A stretch of DNA of 64,000 bases from Acanthaster planci (lineage: Eukaryota), in the NCBI RefSeq assembly GCF_001949145.1, contig NW_019091355.1, positions 1,052,083 through 1,116,082 on the forward strand, in the 5' to 3' direction. The notes below the pieces were generated by a model. That model did no database searches, was not told where the DNA came from, and saw nothing but the letters and a program-made list of their open reading frames with translations. This document shows positions 37,282 to 51,300 of the stretch, one piece after another. The position numbers were made by a program, and so were the translations under genes. The first letter of the stretch is position 1, and each line of letters begins with the position of its first letter.

Positions 37282-39576
37282 TAAGGTCCTTGTCAAGATT
37301 TGAAGATTTGAGATCCATTTTCCAGTTTTGCTTTAAGCTAGAATTTACGTTTTGGGGAGTTTTCTTTTCTCCGTTTAATTGCCCAATACTTCGGACAAGG
37401 ACTTGCCTATCAGCTGCGTCACCTTGCGGAGTCTGCATTTGAAGAACCGACTTGACAATCCTTGGTGTTGATTTAGACCTTATAGCTTTGGTAAAGCCTC
37501 GCCGTAAAAGCAAAGACTGAACTCGAGGAGTCAAGGTTACGCCTGGGTTGCGCCAAAATGGCAACCCAAGAGGGATACCATACACACCATGTGCAAGAAA
37601 ACACGTGGGAACATCATTCTAAGCCGCCAAGTGATTACTCGGGAGCACGCGTGCGCGCACAAAAAATAAATCGAGCTGATCGGTCTGCCTTCGCCTGTTG
37701 TTCACAGCCTGTTACCCAAAGCACCCGACTACAGGAGGCTGTGCGTGCGTGTGTGATCTCAAGCGGCTGCCGAGACAATCGTTATAGGTGAAGGCTGCAG
37801 ACTGTCGGAGGGGAAATAAGGTCAGGTAGCCATGCACGACAGCCCTCACTCGCCAGCTGACATTTCGATTGCGGTCGGTGAGATTGAGGAGATCAGCGCC
37901 AGAGATAGGAACGCCTTGACACGAACACGGCACATAATGCCCGTCGTTTGGCGGAAAATACGTCCCTAATGACTATGCAAGCCGGTGAAAAAATTGGATC
38001 TCGGTTCCCCTGTGTGACAGTTTCGAAAAGTTTGGCAAAAATGGGCGAGTGCGGCTACAACATTGAAACCACAAGGTTTGCCATTACGGAAGATCGTACA
38101 GTTCGTCAGCATTTTTCCATGCCACAATGATTTCCCCCAATGTTCTTTCCTGCCTTGGCTCGTGACTCCACAAAAAAGCACAAAGAACTCGGGAAGACTT
38201 ATGGAGCATAATTTCAACCTTTTCAAAGTTCAAGTTGTTCAAATGCATTTATACAAAAGCGGTTCCAAAATTAATAACCGATCTTTGTCACTAACGTTCC
38301 CTGCTCCGTGCTTTAAGCCAACGAGATGCCGATGTCTGACATTCCCTATCACATGATTCAGTGAACGCTACAGATTAGGGCGTGTTGAAAGACTTCCTTC
38401 GATATACCCTGGGGCCTGACTCTCCAGTATGTTCTTGACTCAGCCCCCACGCTATTGGCCCCTAACACCGTACAAGCGCAAATCCTGCCCGCTCAACCTG
38501 CCAGCGGAAAACAGGCACCGCTATCTTTCCGCCTCGCAAGACCCAATCATTTCTCAGACCCCCAACTGAGCGCGGATTCCAACCTCGCGGGTCGCAAGGA
38601 CGGCAAGACCGAAGAAAGGTCCCATCCTTCTCGTCCCCCTTATGCTATGGCCATCCTGGACCAACCAGCATGATTGGTGGAGACACCTCTGCCATGATTC
38701 ATTCACAAAATCCCCGATGATTACGGGATGCTACGCGTGACATCACCACACGGCTTGGGCCCTCGCTGTTACCACTAATTAGCCAGACAGCGTCACGCGC
38801 GCAAACCGTACCGACCTGCTCATAATTATTTGCCCGAATGATTCGCATTCTCTGTTAATTCATTTCACAATCCGAAACCCCCTTCCTGGAGACCACCACG
38901 TGGCACTGAACGTGTGCACATCCCATGAACTAGCACTAACGGTCACTTTGACTGAAGCTGCAACATTTGCACTCCCAATTCCTGTAAGGAGTTTTCACAT
39001 GCACTCACGAACTACAGTTTTAAAATTGTTGAAAGTACACAGCTCAGGAAGAGTGACTCACGTTTTTTCCTACAATTCTGCTACAGCTGTTTGATTTAAA
39101 GGAGTGGTTCACATAAGATCCACGTATCCTGAAACAACTCGTTAAAGTAGGACTGAAATAGAGAGCCCCTTTAATCGACGAAACCAGGTCAACGCAAGGG
39201 TGAAATCCAAGAACCATTTCGAACCTAATCAGAGGGGTGTCGCCCGAGTCACGCACGTCGAGAATCTCGGAAGTGTAGCGGCGCCCCAGCACCGTGTTAT
39301 CACGAGAGACGCACTGCGTGAGGCTGGTAAGCCTTCAACCGTCAAGAGGGGCGTCGGTGACGGCTAATCCGATGTTCCCCTTCAACACAGAAGCTACAAA
39401 ATATATATTAGTTAACGTTGACGGTAACAGTAGAGTGACGTCACTCCGCTCATGCCTTACGGGTAGAGTATAATGACGGATGGAAAGAAACGAAAGGGTG
39501 CAGACCACTAATTCAAGTGAGAATTTCTGACCAGCTCATTAGCATTAAAAGTGCCCCCACAGTATCTTTTGAAAAA

Positions 39577-39845
39577 NNNNNNNNNNNNNNNNNNNNNNNN
39601 NNNNNNNNNNNNNNNNNNNNNNNNNNNNNNNNNNNNNNNNNNNNNNNNNNNNNNNNNNNNNNNNNNNNNNNNNNNNNNNNNNNNNNNNNNNNNNNNNNNN
39701 NNNNNNNNNNNNNNNNNNNNNNNNNNNNNNNNNNNNNNNNNNNNNNNNNNNNNNNNNNNNNNNNNNNNNNNNNNNNNNNNNNNNNNNNNNNNNNNNNNNN
39801 NNNNNNNNNNNNNNNNNNNNNNNNNNNNNNNNNNNNNNNNNNNNN
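39577..39845. other. Assembly gap (269 N)
   Basis: Run of N characters. Confidence 1.
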
Positions 39846-42004
39846 GTGTGAAGATTCTAAATTCAAAAGAGGTTGTTCTTTTATTACAATGTTGCACACC
39901 CCTTTTTAAGAATGGAAGAGGCACATAGACAATCGTATGGTCTTTCGGCCCACCTTCGCCCCTCTGATATTGAACGGTGTTCATTTAACACTGAAGAGCT
40001 GTCTTCGACCTGAAAAGACCCCAGAGCAAGTCCGCGATATTTCATCCACCCAAATTGATCGCATTAAGCAACGGACATCAAGTCACTCACCGCCCGTTTC
40101 TCCCAGGACGTGACAGCGCTGCTGCGCAACTTATATGGAAAAACGACAAATATCAGGGACTCACTTCAACAGGAAAAAAGTTTCTGGGCAATGCCTTTCA
40201 GGCAAAGTGTTTTGTGTTCAACTTTTCTTTGCCAACCTTGACAAAATCCTGACGCACCGCGTTGTGCAGTACCGCCCACTTGCTCTCAACCAAAGACGAC
40301 GCAGCCATTGAGCGCCAGATGTAACCTCACGGGGCCATGCGTCTTTTCTTTTTGTGCGATGCATCAGAGCTCGGCCGCTACGTTCTCTGTTGCCACCTGC
40401 AACCTCCCTCTGGGGAAGGTTGACGAAGCGCAACCCCGGGGTGGGAATCGGAGAAGCGGTGCAATGTGACGAGAGGCGTCACTCCAGCTCAGCTCAGCCA
40501 GTCAGTAAATTGGGCCCATGAACCGGCTGTGTCTTCGATGCAGCAACCGTTCCCAGACTGAGCCGCTGTAACTTGTTTTCCCCGCTGTTAGTATCAACCA
40601 TGTGTTTTATTCCTCCATGCATCGACACAAGCGCATATGCCGTCGACAGCGGGAGTTTGTTGGAATTCAGCCCTTGTACGCATGTCCGTTTCACTCAGTA
40701 GCAATTAGAGCACGTGTGCTTAGATCGTGGAATCAATACTACTCCCCAAAATGTGGCCGGCATTTACTCAAGTCAATCTGAAACATTCGGAATAAGGTTT
40801 CAGTTAGCGTAATGACGTCATTTCTAAAAACAGAATTACGTCACTGACCAAGGTGTATAAAGGTAAGAATATATAGAGCAGCCACCTTTTAACTTGAAAA
40901 TGGCTACGAATTCCGAAACGAAGTGGACTGAGATTATTAAAAATTCCACCCTGATATTCTTGGAGAGTAAGACACTGTTTTGTCCGTTACAAATGCGTAC
41001 ATCGTTACCACCCACTGTCATTTCAACGCCATTAGTCACAGGACACCAAAGCCCGGGGGGGGGGTTGCAAGCCCGCACTCTAGACGACTATAAGCACGCA
41101 TGCGCGCCGGTTGTCAGACTTGTGATCAATTCTGCTTGGAGCACAGCTGTTCCATCCCACAGATGCGAAGTTACCACGCGCTCCATCTAGCAGAATCGTC
41201 CTACATCATTAGTCATAGCTATAGGAAAAATACAACGGCAGTCCCATTGGTATTTCATGTCACTAATACTGGAACGGCTCTAATCTTGTTCACGATTCTA
41301 AAAACAACTCCCACTATTTTCACGCCCTTTCAAAGAGCACGGGGAGTCTTGGAAGCCAAAGCGATACACAGACCTGAGATAATCATTGCAGTAATGAGAG
41401 GACATAAGATGGATGCTGTAGGCAGCGGCTGAACGCATCTTTGAGTTCACTACAGTTCTATGTTATTAATCATATTCGTTCACAACAATGCAATGTCTTT
41501 TCGTTTACTCTGTGTTTTCGATGTATTGCTATTTGCTGCCATTTTGCGTCCGTCTCTTCGGCTTGGCTGCAAACGGATCACCAGGCTAGAAAGAAAGGTC
41601 AGTCATACCGGGTATAAAACGAAGAAAACAATCCCCATTCTCTTTGTTTGGCACCACGCCAGCTTTGTTCCGAATATGATTATGGCAATTTCTATACAAA
41701 GCTTGTGAAGAATTTTTTTCACAGAGGGTGGCGTTGTTCGCGGTTCTCTTTGGCTGACTGCCCAAGCACGTACGTCGAGAACCAGGTTTTTGCTAATGAG
41801 AGTTCAATTTTTGTTTTCCCCCGGTTTGCCTTTAACTCAATGGGCCCTTCTCGCTCGGCCGCTGATGCAAACCGACAATCGCTTACAATGCCCCCATTGA
41901 ATTGTGCCGGCGGATCGAACCCGGTTCCGGCGAACCCAATCGCAAAACGGCTGGCTGACTTGAATGGTCGGACGTGCTTGAAAGAAGGTGTCCCGGCGCG
42001 GCTG

Positions 42005-42275
42005 AGGCAGAGGGAATGGGGGAGGGAAATACATAAATTGGAGAGTTGGGGATGACAACGCGAGAGGGTGAGAATAAAAGAGGAAATAGGACCGAGGAAG
42101 GAGGCAATAAATACGAAGAAAACCGGAAGCAGACGGGGAAGACAGACGGGGAGACAGACAGGTCGAAGCGGAGGGGAAACCAAGAGAGGAAACAGCATCG
42201 GGAGTCGGGATGCCGATGAAGCAAGTTGAAGGAGGGCTGTAAATTATCGACGGACTAGGCAAAACGGGGGGGGGT
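42005..42275. repeat. Purine-rich low-complexity tract with short tandem AGACGGGGRAGAC-like units
   Basis: Strong G/A bias on the + strand; gcagacggggaagacagacggggagacagacagg near 42130-42163. Confidence 0.6.
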
Positions 42276-45200
42276 AAGGCTTATTTCTACGTAGCATCGA
42301 GCGTAAATGAGACTTTTGTAGTGGGGCAAATGATTTCGATTTGAGACAGAGCGTGGATGACGGTCCACGTCCACAGCAGACACTGTGACTAAAAAACGTC
42401 TCCAAAAAGGATTACGAATAAAGCCTCATTTTAAATACGTCTCTTTCTCGCTGAAACGGCTTCTGTTTAATTTTTCCCGGTAAGTAAAAAAACGTTGATC
42501 GGATACAATAGTTAAAGAGAAGCACCAGTAAGTTATTAATGATAGTTCCACTTTTGGAGGAATTACCACACATGTCAGAATAATCCTCGGCAACCCACTA
42601 CAGTCTATTCCCAGGTCGCAGCATGAGGCAACATTGTTGTCCTTTCCGCCCTCCATACCATTTGCGTGGCTTGTTGACACAATGGATAAACCCTCTCGAT
42701 CATGGCTTTTTTCCACCCTCTTCTCTCTCAGCCCCGCTGGAAGAGCCACGCAACCGGCACGACACCACGGGGTCCTGCCAGTCGGTCGCTGCCTGGCGGG
42801 GCAGCCTTTTCTCCGGTTCTCTGTAGCCGTAGGGCACGCGGCGCAGTTTTACCCTCACAGCCAAAGGGTCAGCGACCCGTTTACTTATTAGCACGCAAAA
42901 AGGAAGACTGCTGCGCGACATCGCCGACAATATCGCTTGCGCATTTCAATCATAGGCCTAATTATCAACACCTTTTCACAACCTATGGACAAGTACGATT
43001 TCTATTTCAAGGTGGCTCAATGTTTGTGGCTATTGGAAGTTGACTCAACATATACAATGAAACAAACCATGCTGTTCAAGTCACCTTTAAAACACAAAGT
43101 AAGGTACGAATCTGTCTGTAATATATCAATCGCATTTGGTGTGATGTTCTCTGTAAATCATAAACGAGCATATTAATGCCCTTCATACACAGACCACTGG
43201 CTCTGTTGCCGGTGTGGCCATTCCCGATTCGAACTTTGGTAAAGTCAGTTATCAAGAGTTCCTCTTCAGGGAAAGACGAGTGTTCACTCATCGAAGCATA
43301 TTCCCCGCTGATCGTTCAAATCCAGCGTGAAAAAGCCGTCAAGTCCCCAGAAACTCGCTTTTGCCCAATTCCGGTACGCCAGGCGGCAGGCAGAACGCTT
43401 TCACACGCCATTGGTGTGGCATTTTCAAACTGTCTGCTTGTTGCCATACATCACTCTCCGTAGTGTCACAGTTGAAAGGTGTTGCTCTGGGACAAGCGAC
43501 ACCTCGGTCGGATCGCCTGGTCTCGTCTGCAGAAGGCGTTCGCGCTGCTCCTTTTTCCGTCGACGCCGTGGCACTTTCAAGGCGTAGACTGAGGTGACAA
43601 TTGCCGCGGATGCCCCCCAGTAAACAGGTTCGCCGAAACCGTTGACCTATTTCTACGCGATAACGATGACATAGGCGATTGGAAAACGCCATTGGAAAAA
43701 TCTTCCCAGAATAGGAACCTCATCCTAGATTGCTCCTTATCGAGGCAATGGTTCAGGCATTCCAACTACATGTACAGCGTTAAAGACAGGCGTTTGGTAT
43801 CTCGCAAAAGGCAAATAAGGTCAACTTATACTCACTAGGGAGAAACACAATCTTTTGAAAGGACTGAAAATAATACCATTCTATATAATGAAAAAACATC
43901 AAAACACGCGCTCCTCTTGTGCCAACATTAGTAACTGAATTATAACAAAAAAGCATCTTCAGAAAACAAGAAATCTTCGGAGAGCCATCTGGTAATGAGG
44001 CGGTCTAATCAGTGAGTGATGTAAATCAGTGGCTTCTCTTGAAACGTTTGACTGAATACACGACATTAAACCACAATGTTCAAGTATACCACCCCGCGGT
44101 GTACAAGTCAGGTAAAGAGTAGGACCGTGTGCGTATAGCAGGTTCTACGCCGTTCAAGATAAAATGCGTATTTTTTTGCAGGCAACGAGAGCGACTAAAC
44201 GTATGTGAGTTATATAGCCAGTAGTTAAGAAAATATCCCAGTGGCCATTAAAAAAACGACTGTTTTGATTAAAGCATTCCGAGGCCAGGATATACCTGCA
44301 CCAAAATAGCTTTTGATCGCAGAATTCAATTCACAAGCTTTCGAATCCTGTACGCGCATGAAAATTTTGCATAGCCTTAGTGAGAAGGTCAATAAAATTT
44401 GTAAAGGCAGCCACTACGCATCAGGCGCGAAGGTGAAGTCAGATCGAAAATATCTACACCGCGGTAAATCCAATCTCCCGCGCCCGACGCAGTACGTGGT
44501 CAAACTCCGTCAGCTACTTGGAACGGCAAATAAATGAAAGATGCCAAACCGCAATGAGGCTGGCAGGCACATGAGACAAACCACACGTTCCCAACCGTCT
44601 CGTTCCTCTTTGCTGATACAGCTTGGCTCAGTTCGTGTCCGGGTATTATAATAAGTATCGAGGGGATTACAGGCACTAGACTATCAAAACAGTGACGTCA
44701 TTTCTGCCGCAAATGAAGCACGCTGGTCGAGTCATAAATATGGCAGCGTCTACACGTACACAGGGATGTGATTTTCAGTCCCTTTCATGAAGACAGACCG
44801 ACAAAAACATCACTCAAATCCACGTATTTAAAACGAAAAAGGCACCGGTCTCCGTGAAAAGGCATCAACGTGAAAGAATGATTTGAATCAAGCGCATGCA
44901 GTCTCGTACTTATGCACGACTAGTGAAATTCCATGATGGCAACATCCCTTGGATCGTTATTACTGTCTTTGTGGCTGCCTACATTTTTTTATTAGAAAAC
45001 AGATACGATTTTTTAGTCACTGCGGTGTTGTCGATTTTTGTCTGACAAAAACTGTGCACCGTTCTAGTGAAGAGACACTCAGCTTATACAATGCCCAAGA
45101 ATGACAAAGTTCATTTCCTTTGATATTTAGTAGATTCATTCGATCCCCACATGAGCTTGGCTGAACGTAGGAAGGTCCACCGCAGACTGAACATGTACCC

Positions 45201-47260
45201 ATCAAAATCCTGTTCGGATTACAGTTCAAGAACAACTACTCCGTCAGTGCTCGAATGACCCCCACGCTGGGGTCATCAAACTTCAGCACCACACGAACGG
45301 ATGAACAATGCGTCCTGCGCGTGCGCGCACTTGTGAACTAGGCCAATCGAGAGAGATGCTGGGAAAGCAAAATCGTCTATAGGCAAAGGTCGACCTACAA
45401 TACTGTAGGGAGTTGCCCCTTTTCATTCACTTGCTTGCTGTGACAAAGCTGTTTTTCTCGTATTTGGAAGTTCTCAGTTCAAATCTCGCCAATTACGATG
45501 CAATATCCACATGTTCCCAGACATTTACAAAGCACATGCAGAATCTGTACAGAATGCCAGGACGAGTTCGTTTCACCATAGACCTACTATGAGTTCACCA
45601 GGATCCAGACATTGATCTGTGGCCAACATTTTGCTTGACTGCATCAGGTGGATCAGATGCCATTCAGGCATTTCGTAAATCAAAAATTTGCTGAAGAACT
45701 GCATCTTCAGCACAACACCAGGGTGGAATCCTTGCCAGCGCAATATAAATAAGAGACAGCGCCACCAACAGCACAGGTCAGGGAATTACAGTGCCGCCAA
45801 CGACCAGCATCACAAAGGACAGTGTTTCTTGTAACCCCGAGACAAGCTTGCTCTTCAAAAATTCCCAAGGCGGTTTGCTATGCATGAGATCCAACGCAGT
45901 CGGCTCGTGTGACTGCACAGACGGAAGAAAAAAAAATCCATTTAAGTTTGACGGCCTACTTCTCTAGCATGGTATACTGAAGCCCTTGTAATATCCGTCA
46001 CGGCTCTGCCTCAGCCGCTACGGCGGACGATATATCAAGTATTCATGTGTCTTCTGTCTTTGCCGCTGCCTCGATGCGAGAAAAAAAGGTAACAGTACTT
46101 TGCGGCAAGCGTGGGAAGGATATGTAAAGAGGTCTCGATTCGGGGCAGCGCCGTCTTCACAAGAGGCGGGAAGCGATAAGAGAACCAGGCTGCTTTTATG
46201 GAGTTTTTGCCGTCCCCTGTAAGCAGCTTTCACGCCGGTTTAGTCCACTGCAATCCGCATAATCACGGCGGAGAACTTGGCATTTTGAGAGGAGACCGAA
46301 AAAAAAAATCCCGCCGCGCGAACTCGCGAGGGAACGCTGCTTGATGAGTCGAGATCTTCAAGCGATCGTCCTGATTTAGCTCGGCACTTGGAAGGACTCA
46401 CGAAGCGGCTGGATGATGAGAGCAACCTACCCCCACCCGACTCATTAGTGGGCCCTCGGTCCATGTGAGATGCGCCAGAGGCCGGGGCAACCACAACAAC
46501 GGAAATATTTCAATCGGTCTCATCGGCTAATTACGACAAAGTGGCGACGATCATCGTGTTAGCGATACGAACGCAGAGTGTCCCCGTACAGGATAGCGGA
46601 TGTTGTTCGGAGAAAATCAATCTATACGCAAAACACATCTATTTATACTCACAAGGAACAAAATACCACATAATATCTTTCAGACAAAGCCTGAAATTAA
46701 TGATATTTCATCATGTAAACATTTACAGACGCGCATCTGTCGTAATACGTGTATCAGAAGATTGATTCATACTAAGAGGGAAAAATCCCCCCTGGGGAAA
46801 AGGACATTGCAGGAAGTGTTTGTATCATCCCATACTGATGTGTCAACATCCTAGTTCTTCAAATTTAAAAAAAAAAACCCAATCACAAATCGTCGGGCGC
46901 ATCACAAACTGACGCATCGAGTGTAGGCCTACAAAGTCCATGGACGGGTACGTCACTTTGTGGTGCATCAAAACTATAACTATCCTACACGTTACTTCAT
47001 GGTGAAACCGATAACATAACAAGTTCTTACGTCAGAAACTGGTCACATAGGTAACTATAATCCGTAAGCAGCTTGAGAACATGAACAAATCAGTAGGTTT
47101 GACTCAGATTCTACGGTAGGCGTCGCCCACACGCACCTTAGGCTATATATCGCCAAAATGGCCTTTCACAACATCAGGGTATGAGATCGGTTAGCAGAGA
47201 TTTTCTCATCAAAACATTCAGTAGGCGCACGCGTGAAATAAAAAACGGCTGTTTCGCATC

Positions 47261-47397
47261 AGTACACCACCAAAGTTTGCAACGCGTTGGCCAATCACAA
47301 CGCGCGAAATTTTTCAACCCGATGCACGTTTGGAAAGGGTCGACAAATTTCGCGCGTTATGATTGGCCAACGTGTTGCAAACGCTTGGTGGCGCACT
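47261..47397. repeat. Long imperfect inverted repeat (arms about 55-60 bp, 16-nt spacer), probably a fold-back MITE
   Basis: Left arm ccaccaaagtttgcaacgcgttggccaatcacaacgcgcgaaatttttcaaccc matches the reverse complement of the right arm, ccaccaagcgtttgcaacacgttggccaatcataacgcgcgaaatttgtcgaccc. Confidence 0.85.
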
Positions 47398-48179
47398 ATT
47401 GTGAATCGCACGTATTGTTACCTTCGTCACCACGTGCCCAGGGCATCAGCTGTTTTTTCCCAAGATCCCTTGGGTCTTGTGTAGGCCGTGCAAGAAAATC
47501 CCATTGACGATGAAGACAAAGGGAAAAGCAGCTGGCAAGTTATTAAATTGTCAGTGATACACGAAATTGCAGTATCAAAGGTGTACTAGGATCAGGGATT
47601 AGTAAGTAGCAATGGTGGCCAGTAAAAAAGTTTTTACATTTGAACACAGCAATACAAATGACAGCATCCGGGACATTACATACATAGGCCGTTATACGAC
47701 TCAAGGTGGCAGCAGATACTATTGAATATCTGTAAGCAGGCGCAAATGTGACCACAGTGAACGATCTCTTTTGTCCAATATCGACTTAAATAAAAACCAT
47801 CCTCTCTAATGACTCCAAGAAAGTCATGCAACGCCCTGAAGGATCTCCAGGTCTGCTGGCAAAGCGTTTAAATAATAAATGACAAGGCCAAAGTGTAGAC
47901 ACGGTTACGAAAGTGCAGCTCTGTCCCGCCGCGCGCTTCTTCGAAATTTGTCCGGTCAGATTCGCGCTGAAACCCAAGCTATTCCACCGCCATATACTTT
48001 CACTCCCTCCGCACGTTTTATACTTGCACTACTTACTGCCTGAGCACCGCTTTCCCCCCGGGGGAAGTATACGCCGACCGGTAATATCTGGCAGGAATGC
48101 GCTAGCACGGCCTTTGTTCCCTGCCTGGGAGTTTTTGCTGCCGATCGTGTTCGCGACGATATCTTCGTCTTATTGTCGT

Positions 48180-48356
48180 TTCTGCCGCGCGCGCGCTCCC
48201 TCTCTCCTCCCCACCCCCCCGTCAGTCGGCGGAAAGAAGAGAATTATAAACGGCACAGGAAGACGGAGAATTCCCTCGTCGTGCGGAGTTGCAGACGGCT
48301 GTTGCATCTGCGGGTCTGAGAGTCCGGACATGAGCAAAATGCACGTCTTGGTAAGT
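48180..48356 (+). promoter_or_regulatory. Candidate + strand promoter and first exon
   Basis: CpG/pyrimidine-rich stretch, TATAAA at 48245-50, then a consensus donor TTG|GTAAGT at 48350/48351. Confidence 0.3.
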
Positions 48357-51300
48357 TTTGTGGTTACATCAAATCGAGTGCATTAACGACAAACCAAATC
48401 CCTCTATTTGATCTGACAACGAGGTTGATATTATAAACCACAAGAGCAGTCGCCGTGAATGTTGAGATTTGTCTGCGTTTTCCTACTGCTTGAAAGCCGA
48501 AATCAGCACTTCTTTGTTTAAGACAGTTCCAAGACAGTGAGTCGCAATCGATGCTCTTGGATCAAGATATGAGTCGCCCAACATAACATAAACTTTGCCC
48601 TTGTATGGACACTAAAATTCATCTGTCACAAGATAAGCTCTAAACATTTAAAACTGTTCGACAACGTGCAGTTGACACTCAAGCAGTTTTTTTTTACCAA
48701 AGTACAACACATCAAAATAATTATGTTCCAGGGATGCTGTCTTATACCTTTGCACACTGATAATGTAAAAATCTTAAATTTGAACCCCCCCAAACATACA
48801 TTGGAGATAACGCTATAGCTTTAAACATTTTTTAACCAAAATCAGCGCTTCTCAGACTATCGATAAACCTTCCTACGAATCCTCGGCGCGCTTAAACTGC
48901 GGAAACCAAATCGACAACGCTTGGCTGGCGTCTTTGACGCGTGCAATCACGAAGCATTGCTACATGTACAAACGGCTGCTTCATGAAAACAAAATTAATC
49001 GTTCACACAGGTACCAGCAAAAGTCGCCAATGCTTAAAAAGAACATTGAGGGTGGTTTTATTTGTGTATTCGATTAAATTTCATTTGCATCGATGGCCTT
49101 TGTCTTGCGGTTTGTAGATTATAAAAATAGGTCACATATACCACTCTTTGGTACCAGTACCAGTATTGAACCACTGGCTAACCGAATGAAATCTGCAACA
49201 GCCGTCCGCGATCGGCGTTGTCACATCACGTTCACGCTGTCGTGCGACTACCTTGCCATCGGCTACGATCAAGCCAATAAACGCTGCAGAATCCGGGAAT
49301 ATTGGCGATGGTCGGGTCGCTGGAGCCAGCATGGCGAGCAGGAAGATGATAGGAAAGAGGCACGGGGGAAAAAAATGTTCGTCGCTTAAGCGGTGTACCG
49401 TCCTGTACGGCAAATCGAAACGGTCGGGCGGGGTAGGCCTACACGATCGCAGTCGTCAGCAACGGGCGACGGGGATGAAACGGCATTTTCCGCTCCAATA
49501 AACCGTGGCAACATACGCCGCTCAACGGGGAAGTCGCTAAACAAGTGCGGGTCACGCAATCCGAATGGCGGCTTCCTCCACCTCCATTTCCATTTTCTCG
49601 TATTTGTGTCGTCTGACCGTGCTCTTAGCTTAGTCAGAGTTTCAAACGACCAAGGAAGACGGTTTGCCGGCGCCTTCAAGTTGATTCTACGTTAGCTTTA
49701 AGTCTGACATGAGCGTTCCGGCTGTTATTACACTTTCCTTATACACAAACAAAACTCTTCATTCGTCCACAAAGGTCTTTAGCACAGTCGAACTTTCGCG
49801 CATAAAAGACACTACTACATACAATATAACAGGAAAAGTCACACAAGTTTACCTAATCGTACGCTGAGGTCATCTGACGAAGACTTTCGCCTAAAAAAGT
49901 AAACAAACTCTAACTTCAGTTTGATGCTGGTGAACCCTTACGTTGAGAAAACGCCAAGATGACGAATGCCAGATCGTTCAAAGCCAGTCCATACTCAACG
50001 AATACAGGCTAAAGCGAATTTGTGACGTCACAGCAAACATTCTCACTGCGATCTTCGACGCCTGTCCTTGTCTTCCTAACTTGTCTGCTTAACTGGCAGC
50101 AACTGCATATTAAAAGTCAACAAAGACAAAATTTTCGAGTGTTCTTCCTATTTTATTGGCTACAAACAGGCTAGGTGGCATCTTAGCTGAATTTTTATCA
50201 CTTGAAATATGGAAGGTTTAAATATTTAGACAATAGACCGCACATCATGGTTGCATTGCTCGTCAGCAAACCAGAAACGTCTCACTTGTCATCCATACGG
50301 ACATTTTCCACGGTTTCTACGCTCGGTTTAAACAATTTGACCACGACACAGACACGCCAGTTCTGCTATCACGTTCTAACTGAGCCATGCATGCAAAACT
50401 TGCTGTAACTGGAAATGGCAAACGTGACGAGTTCATGAGACCAAAGGAAGTCGCTAGTCTGGGCGAAAGAATTTATTATTTTTCTGTGTGTATTGATTCC
50501 CGGGCGGTCCGCATGGAGACACACTTCCCATACATTCCCTGTTCCCAATTACCAAAGGTTATGAGACATACCCTAATAATTAACGAATGGCTCTTAATGC
50601 ATAGTTAAATACCCATGCTTCTATGCCAGATGGGCTATGCCCGCAAGCCCGCGTGCGCACATCTGCTGAAAAAATGTAATTGGCGAGTACGTGAACGCCA
50701 CGCGCAGAAATACCTTGTGCACAGATACTGTTACAATTTGTTGTCGAGTCAAAGATACCTCTTTAGCACGTCATTCATATCAGGAAAACCTAATAAGAAG
50801 AGGTGAGTTTTATTTCTATTGTATTTCTTTGTAACTGAATTCCAGTGAAAGAACGTGACGTACTGCACATGATTGCGTTCGCAGAAAAAATATGAACATG
50901 AGAAAGCTTCGAACTTTACCAATGGGAAAATAAAAAAAATGTCTTACATTGTACAGTTTAAAGAGTTGCGAGGTCTGTACCAAGGCTGTGCCCATCTAAG
51001 GAAAACCTTTTAGAAAATTGCCAAACAAAAAGAACAGAAATGAAAATCTGATTGCATTCGGCCAAGTACACTCGAAAAGTTTTCCAGCATAATCTTCGAT
51101 TAGGCCTACTCAGGCAATATTCAGACTATTATGTAACCGCCGAATTACGGGCGTGGAACTGCACGACACCGGGTCGTTTCTTGTCGGAGGATAATTCGAG
51201 TCGTCAGAGTGCGATCAATCAGAGAGGCTTGGCACACAGCGTGCAAGCCACGCCCAGCCCTGGATCACGAGACACACGGTCGCTTCACTCGCCCTCGCAG

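Noticed and set aside
39508..39984. ORFs containing long X runs
   Set aside because: Artefacts of the N gap.
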